Of a stretch of DNA of 64,000 bases, positions 10,698 through 20,805 are shown one piece after another. The notes under the pieces were generated by a model that was not told where the DNA came from, made no database searches, and saw nothing but the letters and a program-made list of their open reading frames with translations. Source of the stretch: Candidatus Bathyarchaeota archaeon (GTDB lineage: Archaea; Thermoproteota; Bathyarchaeia; Bathyarchaeales; Bathycorpusculaceae); the NCBI GenBank assembly GCA_963811105.1, contig CAWEPZ010000011.1:1184001-1248000 (forward strand), read 5' to 3'. The first letter of the stretch is position 1, and every line of letters begins with the position of its first letter. Both the position numbers and the translations under genes were made by a program.

Positions 10698-12527
10698 TTA
10701 CTTCACAGTAACACACTTTGCCAAGTTCCGTGGCATATCAGGGTCGTACCCCTTCTCAAGCGCAACATAGTACGCCAAGAGTTGTAGGGGCAAAGCAAAA
10801 GGAATCGGCGACAGGACACCCGGAATACCTTTCGGGACCTCTATGTAATCATCAGCCAACGATTTGATGTCCTCGTCTCCTTGCTCGACAATAGCAATTA
10901 TGTGAGCGCCTCTGGCTTTCATCTCCATAATGTTACCTATCAGCGTCTTGTGACAATCGTCTTTGGGACAAACGAAAACTACCGGGAAACCATTTTCAAT
11001 AAGGCTAATTGGGCCATGTTTGCTTTCGCCCGCTGGAAACGCTATTGATGGAATATATGCGATTTCCATCAATTTGAGTCTGCCTTCGTAAGCAGTAGCA
11101 GTGCTTATCCCTCTGCCTAAGAAAAAGAATACTTTAGAATTCTTGTATTTCTTCGCTATTTGCTTAACTTTTTCCTCCTGCGTCTTAACTATTGTTTCAG
11201 CAATATCAGGCAATTTAGCTAAGTTTTCTTCGAGACTGTCCATTTCATCTTGAGAAATTTTGCCTCGCTTTTTCGCTAATTTAAGCGCAAGTTGCGCCAA
11301 AACCGAAAGTTGAGACGTAAAAGTTTTGGTAGCGGCAACTCCAATCTCTGGACCAGCCTGGGTGCCAATATAGACTCGTGAAATACGTGTTAAAGTTGAG
11401 CCGATAACATTAGTTAAGCTTAGAATTGTGGCTGCACGCTGTTGGGCACATGTTACGGCTGCTATTGTGTCGGCTGTTTCGCCTGATTGACTAACCGCTA
11501 AAATGGTGCTGTCTATATTTACTGATTTGCCATGTTGCTCTATGAATTCTGAAGCGTAAACAGGGTACGTAGCCAAGAAAGCAAGTTTAGAAAACATGTA
11601 TGAAGCCGCCAAACAAGCATGATAGCTTGTTCCGCAAGCCACGAGATAAACCTCGTTTGCGCGATCCAAAAAAGTTGTGAGTAAATCCAGATAATGCTCC
11701 TGCATACGCAAAGTATTGCGCAGAGTCTCAGGCTGTTCATGGATCTCTTTGATCATGAAGTGTGGGTAACCGTGTTTAACGGCCATTTCAGCTGTCCACT
11801 CAATAGTAACTGGCTCACGTGTAACCGTGCTTGAATCTTGAAGTCTTATTATTTCATAGCCGTCAGATGAGAGAATAACAAGTTCACCATTATTTATCAT
11901 AACTGCTTTGTTTGTCACAGCTAGAAATGCTGGAATATCTGAAGCGCAAAAAACACCTTTGCCGTTGATACCTAAAACTAGTGGACTTTCATTTCTGGCG
12001 CAGATAACTTTGTTTGGTTCTTTTGTAGAGATTATAGCAAGGGCATAGGAACCTTCGAGTCTTTTGAGGCTTGCTTTAACTGCATCAACAAAAGAGAGTT
12101 TCGGGTTCTCCTTTAGCGTTTGCTCAATCAGATGCGGGATTACTTCGGTGTCTGTTTTAGAAACAAACGTATGATCCAGATTTTGCAGTTCACTTTTCAG
12201 CTCCATAAAATTTTCAATAATTCCGTTGTGAACAACCATTATTTCACCCGTGCAATCCGAATGCGGATGAGAGTTAACCCTTAATGGGGCACCATGTGTT
12301 GCCCAACGAGTATGACCAATTCCTATACTGCCTGGCAAATCATCAAGATTCAAAATTTTGTTAACTTCATCGATTTTACCCTGATCTTTTTTGAGAAAAA
12401 TTTTGCCATCTGACAGTGTTGCTATCCCCACTGAATCGTAGCCTCTGTATTCAAGACGTTTAAGTGATGACCGAATTAGGGGCGCAGCATTTCCTTCATT
12501 TAAAACACAACCAAAGATTCCGCACAT
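10698..12527 (-). CDS. glmS: Glutamine--fructose-6-phosphate transaminase
   Basis: MCGIFG, EYRGYDS, GHTRWATHG, SQSGETADT, PRNLAK. Confidence 0.97.
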   Translation of the reverse strand: MCGIFGCVLNEGNAAPLIRSSLKRLEYRGYDSVGIATLSDGKIFLKKDQGKIDEVNKILNLDDLPGSIGIGHTRWATHGAPLRVNSHPHSDCTGEIMVVHNGIIENFMELKSELQNLDHTFVSKTDTEVIPHLIEQTLKENPKLSFVDAVKASLKRLEGSYALAIISTKEPNKVICARNESPLVLGINGKGVFCASDIPAFLAVTNKAVMINNGELVILSSDGYEIIRLQDSSTVTREPVTIEWTAEMAVKHGYPHFMIKEIHEQPETLRNTLRMQEHYLDLLTTFLDRANEVYLVACGTSYHACLAASYMFSKLAFLATYPVYASEFIEQHGKSVNIDSTILAVSQSGETADTIAAVTCAQQRAATILSLTNVIGSTLTRISRVYIGTQAGPEIGVAATKTFTSQLSVLAQLALKLAKKRGKISQDEMDSLEENLAKLPDIAETIVKTQEEKVKQIAKKYKNSKVFFFLGRGISTATAYEGRLKLMEIAYIPSIAFPAGESKHGPISLIENGFPVVFVCPKDDCHKTLIGNIMEMKARGAHIIAIVEQGDEDIKSLADDYIEVPKGIPGVLSPIPFALPLQLLAYYVALEKGYDPDMPRNLAKCVTVK

Positions 12528-12600
12528 TTTTGTAGTCTCGCATTGTTAATGTATGCTATGGAAGATTGCGTTTTGTTAATAAGGATTTTTAGAATAAAGT

Positions 12601-12706
12601 TTTGACCACTAAAAATTTTCTTTTAGCAGTTTTCGCTGGTTCCTTGGAACAAGACTAACTTGTGAAGCAAGTATTGCCTAAAATCTTTGAACCACTAACA
12701 AATTTT
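12601..12706. promoter_or_regulatory. Imperfect direct repeat (candidate operators) between divergent glmS and HTH regulator
   Basis: TTTGACCACTAAAAATTTT (12601-12619) and TTTGAACCACTAACAAATTTT (12686-12706). Confidence 0.45.
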
Positions 12707-12742
12707 TTATAGCACTTCAAGCTTTAACCCTCGTGACTACCT

Positions 12743-13705
12743 ATGGACAAGAAAATGCTGCTACAAGATAGCGACAATATTCAGGAAGTGAAAGAAATCA
12801 GCATAATCGACGACTCACAAAAACTAAAAATGATACTTGGTAGCTTGACTTGGAAAATCCTGACACTCTTATCAAAAAAGGAAATGTACCCCATGGAAAT
12901 CGCAAAGCAGTTAGGTATGCAGGAACAAAAAGTCTATTACCACATCAGAAAACTCGCCAAAGTAGGAGCCATAGTAGTAACTCGAGAAGAAAAAAAGAAA
13001 GGGGCAACAGCAAAATACTATAAAACCGTGTCACCCGCCTTCGGAATAGAGTTTCCTTATGGCTACAAATCCATCCAGAGCCTTTGTCTTTTGGGAATTG
13101 ATAAGCAACTTCAAGGGTTTTTTAAAGAATTTATTAAAGAAGGCACCTTTGATGGAAAAATAGTTGTAGGCAGCCCCCAGCCGCATGGACCGTTCAAAAC
13201 CAGCGCTCGAGATGGGCACTATGCAGCTCATTTGGCACTTTTCCTTGGGCAATTTGCTAAAATGCCTACTGAATTTGCCGTGAAACTTGACGTTGATGTA
13301 AAGGTAGAGAAAGAGGAAAAAAACAATTTAATCCTTGTTGGTGGTCCGGGAACTAACCTTCTTACTCAGGAAATTAATTATTATCTACCCATCAAATTTA
13401 TCATGCAATCATCCGAGCAAGGATTCTTGCTAGGTGGCTTATCATCTCAAAAAACCTCACAAGTGTACACTTCAGACGTTTCAGGGGTGATAGCTAAAAT
13501 AGTGAATCCTTGGGACAAAACCAAACGCATTGTAGTTTTAGCAGGAAACAAAGCAGTAGGAACAAAAGCATGTGTCTTAGCGTTGACTAATTTTTGGAGG
13601 AAAACATTGGAAAAATACAGGGGCGAAGACACGTTTGCAGTTGTGATTCACGGGTTTGATTTGGATGGGGATGGAAAAGTAGATTCTATTGAGGTTAACG
13701 AATAA
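12743..13705 (+). CDS. ArsR-like HTH regulator with C-terminal S-layer-like/ligand domain
   Basis: N-terminal wHTH (YPMEIAKQL...VYYHIRKL); C-terminal NLILVGGPGTN motif. Confidence 0.75.
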   Translation: MDKKMLLQDSDNIQEVKEISIIDDSQKLKMILGSLTWKILTLLSKKEMYPMEIAKQLGMQEQKVYYHIRKLAKVGAIVVTREEKKKGATAKYYKTVSPAFGIEFPYGYKSIQSLCLLGIDKQLQGFFKEFIKEGTFDGKIVVGSPQPHGPFKTSARDGHYAAHLALFLGQFAKMPTEFAVKLDVDVKVEKEEKNNLILVGGPGTNLLTQEINYYLPIKFIMQSSEQGFLLGGLSSQKTSQVYTSDVSGVIAKIVNPWDKTKRIVVLAGNKAVGTKACVLALTNFWRKTLEKYRGEDTFAVVIHGFDLDGDGKVDSIEVNE

Positions 13706-14137
13706 TTGAACCAAGAGTTAAGAGAAGTTATCGTTGCATTTGGGCATGAAAATATTCACGCCGTCCACCCCTCAACCCTAATGTTCACAAAAGAAAAACA
13801 TCTCTCCAAAACTGGGGACTGTATCATCGCTGTTGCAGCAGATAAATCAGCAGGAGAATTAAGCCAGGCATTCAAATATAAGCTCAATAAACCAAACGCT
13901 AAACTAACCATCATCATTGAGGCGGATGGTATATTTGAGAAAATCAATGCTTATGGTTCTCCTAAACTGATCTTAACTCACCCAACTGACATAGTGATTA
14001 GAAAAAGCGATTACATATCAGACCGAACCTTGGCAGTCCACGCTGACAAATCTTCAAACGATTTGTCAAGAGAACTTTTGGAAAAGCTGAAAAATCCAAA
14101 ACAGAAAATTACAATTACACTCATCATAAATGGCTAA
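13706..14137 (+). CDS. DUF371 family protein
   Basis: GHENI..H.T, GDCIIAV, VIRKSDY. Confidence 0.85.
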   Translation: MNQELREVIVAFGHENIHAVHPSTLMFTKEKHLSKTGDCIIAVAADKSAGELSQAFKYKLNKPNAKLTIIIEADGIFEKINAYGSPKLILTHPTDIVIRKSDYISDRTLAVHADKSSNDLSRELLEKLKNPKQKITITLIING

Positions 14138-15204
14138 GCGATTTTGGCATCTAAAACAACCTGCGACTCAAACGGTGCAGTCTCCCTAATGCTTCTCGCA
14201 TAAAGAAATAGTTCTACTTTCCGCCCGGTTTCCTCTACTGCTTGGCAAAACCGCTGTTTTTGGTTTTCTATGGAGTCGGGGGAACGTATGAAAGCGTAAA
14301 AATGGATTATTCCTCCTTTAGGCTTGATGGTTTTGCAAGCGGCGTCAACGAATTCAATAGCTGTTTCGGGCAAATTCATTATGACACGATCAGCTATGCC
14401 CTTTAGTTTTACTGAGGCTATTTCCCTTGCATCTGCAAGAATTGGGAAAACGCGGTTTTCAACCCGGTTAACCCGAGTGTTTACATTAAGCAAATCAATG
14501 GCTTTTGGATTAATGTCGACAGCGTAAACTTCTACAGTTGGATTTTTTTTGGCGATTAAGATTGAAAAGGGACCGACGCCTGAAAACAGGTCTACCACAT
14601 CTTCGCCCGGTTGCACAAGCGACGCCACCCTTTCATGCTCATGCGAAAGGCGTGGAGAAAAATAGGCTTTAGCTAAATCAACATGGAGCTGACAGCCATA
14701 TTCCCTGTGGATTGTTTGGGTTTTTTGTTCTCCAGCGATAAAATTGAAGTTGCGGATTCGGTAGGTGCCACTTATTGCTCCTTCTTTGGCAAGCACGGTT
14801 TTGAGGTTTCGATGAGTTTTTAGAATTGCTTCTCCAATGAGGTTTTCATAGGGTTCCAGGTCAGTAGGAACTTCGATGACAGCTATATCCCCTATAGTAT
14901 CTAATGCTTGAGGCAAAATATTCAGCAAATCAGAAGGCAAGTTGTCCTTAAGCACTTGGCTAAGTGATTCTGCAGCCACATTTTTTTCCTCAAAAGCTTT
15001 GGTTCTCAACTGGGAATCTGGAACTTCTGCTTTCAACATTGCAAACTTGTTGGCGTCCGGTTGCTTTACTAAGGGAATGTAAAGGCTGCTTTCATCCCTC
15101 TCAATTTCCAGAGATTTATCGAAAAGACCCAGCTTGTTAGCCAATGTTAAGGTTTTTTGTCCTTGTTTTTTTTGGACTTTTATGCAGAGGGTTGTCTTAG
15201 GCAT
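14134..15204 (-). CDS. trm5: tRNA methyltransferase, Trm5/Met-10 family
   Basis: YFSPRLSHE, DLFSGVGPF, MNLP motif. Confidence 0.88.
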   Translation of the reverse strand: MPKTTLCIKVQKKQGQKTLTLANKLGLFDKSLEIERDESSLYIPLVKQPDANKFAMLKAEVPDSQLRTKAFEEKNVAAESLSQVLKDNLPSDLLNILPQALDTIGDIAVIEVPTDLEPYENLIGEAILKTHRNLKTVLAKEGAISGTYRIRNFNFIAGEQKTQTIHREYGCQLHVDLAKAYFSPRLSHEHERVASLVQPGEDVVDLFSGVGPFSILIAKKNPTVEVYAVDINPKAIDLLNVNTRVNRVENRVFPILADAREIASVKLKGIADRVIMNLPETAIEFVDAACKTIKPKGGIIHFYAFIRSPDSIENQKQRFCQAVEETGRKVELFLYARSIRETAPFESQVVLDAKIA

Positions 15205-16246
15205 GGAAATCAGCCGTTTTTTCTATTCGATAGAGACTATCTTCTTTTTTAATGGTGAATTGGACCTTTAACATTTTTTCCATTAACCAAATGTTTGATT
15301 CAATATGCTCACTTATTGCAGTGGCTAAGAAAGCTGATTTGCCCTTTGCCAATGCCATGTAGGGAATAAGCATATCTGCCAAGTGAATATCAACTGTTGG
15401 CTTAAACGATAATTCCTTGACGAGTTCTTGGGCGGCTTCTTCCCCAACGGCTTCACTCATTTTACGCAGCTCGCCTATTGCATCAGAACCTATGATGACG
15501 TTTGCGTTTGTTTCAGCCCACAGAACAATGGAGCTACCTTTTTGATACGGGTTCGACTTGTCATTTACGATTTGAACGACGGCGTTGAAGCCGTTTTTAG
15601 AAAGGTAATCTTGAGCTGCTTTCGCTTGCCGCTCTGCCACATGCCTATCCGCTAAAAAAGTGCAAACGGAAACCCCTTCTATCACCTTTAATGTGCCAAA
15701 GTTCTCAAGAAAGAGTGGTTTTAGATTGACGTTAGGGTTAACAGTCATTGTTACTTCGCCCATACCTTTGGGATAGTAACCATATCTTTTTACACTTATG
15801 GAGGCGTCAACTCCCATTTGTTTTAGCACTTGCAAAAATACGTTTCGAAGGTAGTTGATGGTTGGTGCATGAGTTGTGTCTGTTCCTCCTTTTGCCACAT
15901 GCAAAGACACAGGATTACTAGCGAACAAGCAAACGGGCAGTGTTGCCAAAAGGAGCATGGGGATACTTCCAGCGGTTTGAATTTCTGCTTCGATATTGCC
16001 CCCTTTTATTTGCTGGGGTGTAAACCAGAGCTCGCTTGAACCTAAGGCAGCACCTTGCAATTTGGCGTCACACAGTTTGGCGGCCGTAAGCACGGCTTCT
16101 AGATGCTGGTGCTTTAAACCTGGTTGCGGGCGGTTTTGTCTTATATTAAAAATGTGCAGTGACTGTTTAGTTATGGCTGCCATGGCTATAGAGAGGCGAA
16201 GAATTGTGCCGCTGCCGCTTTTTTGACTTCCATCAATTTCAATCAT
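15197..16246 (-). CDS. rtcA: RNA 3'-terminal phosphate cyclase
   Basis: IDGS..SGSGTILR, RPQPGL..QH, GYYPKGMG, DIHLADML. Confidence 0.95.
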   Translation of the reverse strand: MIEIDGSQKSGSGTILRLSIAMAAITKQSLHIFNIRQNRPQPGLKHQHLEAVLTAAKLCDAKLQGAALGSSELWFTPQQIKGGNIEAEIQTAGSIPMLLLATLPVCLFASNPVSLHVAKGGTDTTHAPTINYLRNVFLQVLKQMGVDASISVKRYGYYPKGMGEVTMTVNPNVNLKPLFLENFGTLKVIEGVSVCTFLADRHVAERQAKAAQDYLSKNGFNAVVQIVNDKSNPYQKGSSIVLWAETNANVIIGSDAIGELRKMSEAVGEEAAQELVKELSFKPTVDIHLADMLIPYMALAKGKSAFLATAISEHIESNIWLMEKMLKVQFTIKKEDSLYRIEKTADFHA

Positions 16247-16336
16247 ACCTTTCCGTCCGAGTTTGGGTTTTGGAGGGATTTATGAAATAATTAATAAGCG
16301 TGTTGGGTTATTTAGGAGTTTGATGGAGCGTTCGGG

Positions 16337-16744
16337 ATGAGTACTGACAAAGAAAAGTTGAATCAGTTGTTAACAAAGGTTGACGACCTTGTTGTAACCT
16401 TAAATAAAGTTTCTGAAGAGCTACGTTCTGTTTCTGCTTCCATGAAGTCTTTGGCAGTAGGTCAAATTACTCAGCCCCCAACCGCCTTCCAAGCGCAAGC
16501 AACCCAGTCACGAGAGGTTGGCTCTAAGCAGAGGTCGCTTGATGACATTCGCATGTCATTCCCAGAAGAATTGGAAGCCAGATTAAGTTTTGAAGAAAAA
16601 GATGATTACATAATCATTAAACCTAAGCAATTTTTGGGTTCAGAAAACTTTGCCAAAATAGCATCTGCAGTCCGGGGGATGAGTGGGGAATACATAAGCG
16701 CAGGCAAAGATTCTCACTTCAGGGTACCTAAGAAAAAAGCATAG
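16337..16744 (+). CDS. Hypothetical protein (coiled-coil N-terminus, conserved-looking C-terminal domain)
   Basis: GGAG SD; plausible globular C-terminus FPEEL...GEYISAGKDSHFRVP. Confidence 0.7.
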   Translation: MSTDKEKLNQLLTKVDDLVVTLNKVSEELRSVSASMKSLAVGQITQPPTAFQAQATQSREVGSKQRSLDDIRMSFPEELEARLSFEEKDDYIIIKPKQFLGSENFAKIASAVRGMSGEYISAGKDSHFRVPKKKA

Positions 16745-16748
16745 CTCA

Positions 16749-17024
16749 TTATTTCGCTTCAAAATCGCTAAATTCGCCAAGATAATTCTCCCATGCAACA
16801 TCTATGCCCGTTACTTTGGCAGAAGAAGGGCCGTGACGGCAATATTCTACAAGCTTTTTAACTGCTTTATCTTCACCTTCAAAAACAGCTTCCACTCTGC
16901 CATCAGATAAATTGCGAATCAAACCGTTAACACCAAAACTTTCAGCTTGCTGTTTGGTTTTTTGCCTAAAAAAGACACCTTGAACTCTACCGTTTATAAA
17001 TACGTGAGCTCTAGCTTTAACCAT
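16749..17024 (-). CDS. acyP: Acylphosphatase
   Basis: GRVQGVFFR, RNLSDGRVE, GPSSAKV. Confidence 0.93.
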   Translation of the reverse strand: MVKARAHVFINGRVQGVFFRQKTKQQAESFGVNGLIRNLSDGRVEAVFEGEDKAVKKLVEYCRHGPSSAKVTGIDVAWENYLGEFSDFEAK

Positions 17025-17099
17025 TGTCTCTCTCAAGCTAACTTAAGTGGTCAAACTAAAAAATCTAATTTTACTGAAAAAAAAAGAAAAATGTTTTTC

Positions 17100-17558
17100 T
17101 TAATCCCAAACGCTGATTCTTTCTCCAACAGTGTACAGGAAAAGGCTTGCTGAAGGTGGCCCTAACCACTTGAATTTATTGACTAAGTCTGAAACCACTT
17201 TTGCGTAGTTGTTCGAATGATCCAAGCTGTCCAAGTATTTCTGGAATGATCCGTATTGTTTCTCTATCATTTTGAAGTTTTGCGCATTTTGTATGATTGC
17301 TAAAATTTTTCCTTTATTTCTGATAATTTCGGCGTCGTTCATTAGCCTTTCAACGTCAACGTTGGTGAAACATACAATTTTGTTGACGTTAAAATTCGCA
17401 AATGCTTTCTTTATCGCTAACCATTTATTATCGATGACACGCCAGTTTAATCCCGCTTGAAAAATCACTCGACACATATTCTCAAAGTAACCTTCATCAT
17501 TGTTAGGTCTCTTTTCTCGGTACCACCATTCGGGCATTTGCCAGTGTTCGTCTTGCAT
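17100..17558 (-). CDS. DNA-3-methyladenine glycosylase I-family protein (short form)
   Basis: IFQAGLNW, IIRNKGKI, FKWLGP. Confidence 0.8.
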   Translation of the reverse strand: MQDEHWQMPEWWYREKRPNNDEGYFENMCRVIFQAGLNWRVIDNKWLAIKKAFANFNVNKIVCFTNVDVERLMNDAEIIRNKGKILAIIQNAQNFKMIEKQYGSFQKYLDSLDHSNNYAKVVSDLVNKFKWLGPPSASLFLYTVGERISVWD

Positions 17559-17576
17559 TCAAACCAGTCCTGATAA

Positions 17577-18002
17577 TTACTTCCATTCCCAAATTGTAAC
17601 GTTTAACTCCATCCACATTGGGTCTAGCGCTTCAAAAGTGACAACAGCAATCGTTTCATTTAGCCAACCTATTTTCTCTGACATCGTCATAAAGGTCCAC
17701 AACGCCACACTTGTTGGGTTCTTACCCATTACCATCTTCATCAGGCTATATCCTTTCACAACGCCCATATCCCCAGTCATCGTCATAAGCATTCCTTGAT
17801 CTTTCGATGTTGCAATGCCTTTAGGAGGAGTCATACTCATACCAGTCACATTGAGGTTGCAGTCAACACCTTTCGCTTTTCCCATTCCTTTCATTTGAGC
17901 CGTCCACGTATACATTGAAGTAACTCCTTCCATTCCGACTGATTTTATGAAACTTGCTCCACTTTTGCCCTTGCCTTCCCAAAGTTTTTCGCCAATCGCC
18001 AT
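17577..18002 (-). CDS. Hypothetical Met/Gly-rich protein
   Basis: GAGGTGA SD, clean 141-aa ORF with predicted beta-rich pattern. Confidence 0.7.
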   Translation of the reverse strand: MAIGEKLWEGKGKSGASFIKSVGMEGVTSMYTWTAQMKGMGKAKGVDCNLNVTGMSMTPPKGIATSKDQGMLMTMTGDMGVVKGYSLMKMVMGKNPTSVALWTFMTMSEKIGWLNETIAVVTFEALDPMWMELNVTIWEWK

Positions 18003-18187
18003 TTTTTTTTCACCTCACAATAAGATTTGATTTTTTCTTAAGGATTTAAGCAGTTGTGGTTGCCCTTACGCAACAACAATCTTTGGTTTTTACATTCACT
18101 TTCAGTCATCCCTCCCCTGTTCGAAAAGGTCGTTTCTGAGCTTGTTTTAAAAGCGTTATTGGCAGAGTAACCATTTGCTGGTATGTT

Positions 18188-18526
18188 ATGTTTAAGTCGA
18201 ATTATGGGAAACTGATGGTTTACGCATCAACTGGAGTTCCACATAGGAAACGGTTGGATTCAGTTAGAACTGCCACGCAGGAAACGGCTAAACGGTTAAA
18301 ATTGGATTTTGAAATGGTGAAGCTGGACAGGGCTGGCTCGCCAATTTATGTTTACTATGAAGAAAGCTGCGATGAAGAACCTATTCCGCTTTATTGCGAT
18401 GAAGGTAAAATGTCAAATTTAGAACAGATATGTTCTGCGTTGAGAAGTATGATGTTTGTTTTGTCGTTCCATCCTAAACATTCAGCTTTGAGACAAATGA
18501 GAAAAGAAATTCTCAGACTTTCCTGA
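18188..18526 (+). CDS. Hypothetical protein
   Basis: 112-aa ORF filling the gap, convergent with the arcadin-1 gene. Confidence 0.65.
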   Translation: MFKSNYGKLMVYASTGVPHRKRLDSVRTATQETAKRLKLDFEMVKLDRAGSPIYVYYEESCDEEPIPLYCDEGKMSNLEQICSALRSMMFVLSFHPKHSALRQMRKEILRLS

Positions 18527-18836
18527 AACGGATTGCTTGGTTTTCCAGTGTTACTTCGTAAACTTGGTTTACGTCAAAATTTATGCCAAAACTGTCGTAT
18601 TCTTGCTCTGTTAAGAACAGTATTATTTTTGGTGTTGCCATTTGAGTTTTTTGCGGTAGGAAAGGCATTTGCTGCTGCAATGCTTGCATTATGTCTTGTG
18701 CCATTTTGGCTTCGTCCGATTGTGGTCTCACGATGTATGGGTTGACTTCTCGCTCTTCAAGCAATTCAATTCTTTTTCCAAGGTTACCGTCTAAATCTCG
18801 GGTTGACTCAATTTTGTTTACTCTAACGCGGAACAT
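18513..18836 (-). CDS. Arcadin-1 family protein
   Basis: Pattern D..G...IEL.EERE ... P.I.LFLTE.E...FG..DV...E..LEN.AI matches the recalled Pyrobaculum arcadin-1 sequence. Confidence 0.75.
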   Translation of the reverse strand: MFRVRVNKIESTRDLDGNLGKRIELLEEREVNPYIVRPQSDEAKMAQDIMQALQQQMPFLPQKTQMATPKIILFLTEQEYDSFGINFDVNQVYEVTLENQAIRFRKV

Positions 18837-19116
18837 CAGATTCACTTCTTAATTAGGAAATACATATGTCAGACATTTAATTCTTTACACTATAATTTCT
18901 TACAGTTTCCTCAATCAAGGTATCCTACAACTAAGAAAACCTTGGAGACCGAGAAACCTGGAAACTTTCTCTTTAGAATTAATATTTGGAATTTCAGTAG
19001 AATTTTTGAATCTTACTTGATTTATCGTTGCCACACACCAAAGAACTTTTTTTATTAAGTAAAAAGTTGCATCTATCGATGCCAATAACAGTTTCTCAAT
19101 GTTCCTATATTAACGC

Positions 19117-19695
19117 TTAAGAAAACTCGCTGGTCGCCTGTTTCTTGATTTCTTTAATTCTCTCATCTATTTCTTTTAGCTGGTCCTTCATCATTTTGAC
19201 CGTTTCATAGGCATGTTTTCGATCGTGTTCCAGTTGTTTGAGGTTTTCTTCGCTGCTTGTTTTCTCTTCAAGAAAAGGGGTAAAGAGAGAAGGCATCTTC
19301 GGCATAGACGAGTCATTTTCGATGTTGAGAACGTCTCGGGCGAATTCTCGGAAAAGGTTGCCTATGTTATTTGAGATTTCGGCTTGTTTAATGATGGCTC
19401 GTCGGAGAATGAGTTCTCCTGATTCGGTTATTTTGTATACTTTGAGTTTGCGGTTTTTCTGAACTTGCCATTCCCCTTGGATATATCCACATTTTTCTAA
19501 GTCCCGCAAGATGGGGTAAACGCCTCCTGCAGTGGGTTTCCAGAAACCCTTGGTTCGGCTTTTGATTTCTTTCATGATCTCATAGCCATGTGAAGGTTTC
19601 TTGTTGAGAAGGATAAGAATTCCCATACGTATGTAGCCTTTTTGGGCTTCTTTGAGCCAACTTGATGTTGTCTTTTCTTCTTTTTCTGCTGCCAT
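19117..19695 (-). CDS. PadR-family transcriptional regulator
   Basis: HGYEI, G.VYP.L..LE..G.I, K.Y.ITESG. Confidence 0.92.
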   Translation of the reverse strand: MAAEKEEKTTSSWLKEAQKGYIRMGILILLNKKPSHGYEIMKEIKSRTKGFWKPTAGGVYPILRDLEKCGYIQGEWQVQKNRKLKVYKITESGELILRRAIIKQAEISNNIGNLFREFARDVLNIENDSSMPKMPSLFTPFLEEKTSSEENLKQLEHDRKHAYETVKMMKDQLKEIDERIKEIKKQATSEFS

Positions 19696-19736
19696 CGTGC
19701 TTCAAATCTATAATTGCATATAGGGAATACTTATAT

Positions 19737-19760
19737 TTTACCGCAATATATTGCAGTAAA
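19737..19760. promoter_or_regulatory. 24-bp palindrome, probable PadR operator
   Basis: TTTACCGCAATATATTGCAGTAAA, one mismatched pair, in the divergent padR/ABC intergenic region. Confidence 0.6.
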
Positions 19761-19788
19761 TACTATTGCAAAATCAAAGTGGTTCAGA

Positions 19789-20805
19789 ATGGCGATCGAG
19801 TCAATTATTGAGGTCAAGAATCTCACGAAAATGTTCAATAAATTCACAGCGGTAGATGACATTTCATTTGATGTTAAGAAAGGCGAAATCTTCGGTTTAC
19901 TTGGTCCTAACGGAGCTGGTAAAAGCACAACTTTGCGTATGCTTTCCACCTTAGCCAGACCAACTAAGGGGACGGCGACTATTGGCGGCTGCGACATTGT
20001 TAAGGATGATACAGATGTACGCAAACTAATTGGTATAGTTTCTGAGAAAATGATAATGTATAATCGTTTAACTGCTAAAGAGAACCTGTGGTTTTTCGGC
20101 AGCCTCTTCAACATTCCCAAAGAAATCTTAAGCAAACGCATCGATGAACTTTTGGAGCTGGTCCAGCTGACTCAATGGAAGAATGCTCAAGTAGGCACTT
20201 TTTCAACAGGCATGCGCCAAAGAATGAATGTAATTAGGGCGTTGCTAAACACTCCAGAAGTACTATTCTTAGATGAACCAACTTTAGGTTTAGATCCTCA
20301 ATCTTCGGTTGAAATCAGAGAGTTTATACGTAAATTGAATCGGGAGAACGGCACAACTGTTGTCATAACCACTCACATGATGGTAGATGCTGACTTGTTG
20401 TGTGACCGCATAGCAATTGTTGATCATGGAAAAATCGTGGCCTTAGATACTTCAGCCAACTTGAAAAAAATAATTTCAGGGGCGGATACATCTATAATAA
20501 GACTTAACATACCTAATCTCTCGTCTGTCTTAGTAGAAAAACTTCAAGCGCTCAAATGCGCAGACGCAGTAACTCAAGAAAACCAAACTGAACTTAAGAT
20601 TTTAGCCCATGGCAACGAAGCGTTTAACAATATTATAGATTCCATTCGAGAAAACGGTGGAAACATAAGCTCTATGGAAAACCTTCAGCCAACCCTTGAA
20701 GATGTGTTTCTCCACATTACAGGCCATCAAGTACGTGATAGCGCAGATCAAAGAATTCCTTCTGAGCATAAGCGTTTTGGTGCTCCACAAAGGAGAATAA
20801 GGTGA
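19789..20805 (+). CDS. ABC exporter ATP-binding protein (DrrA-like)
   Basis: GPNGAGKST, FSTGMRQR, LFLDEPT. Confidence 0.93.
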   Translation: MAIESIIEVKNLTKMFNKFTAVDDISFDVKKGEIFGLLGPNGAGKSTTLRMLSTLARPTKGTATIGGCDIVKDDTDVRKLIGIVSEKMIMYNRLTAKENLWFFGSLFNIPKEILSKRIDELLELVQLTQWKNAQVGTFSTGMRQRMNVIRALLNTPEVLFLDEPTLGLDPQSSVEIREFIRKLNRENGTTVVITTHMMVDADLLCDRIAIVDHGKIVALDTSANLKKIISGADTSIIRLNIPNLSSVLVEKLQALKCADAVTQENQTELKILAHGNEAFNNIIDSIRENGGNISSMENLQPTLEDVFLHITGHQVRDSADQRIPSEHKRFGAPQRRIR

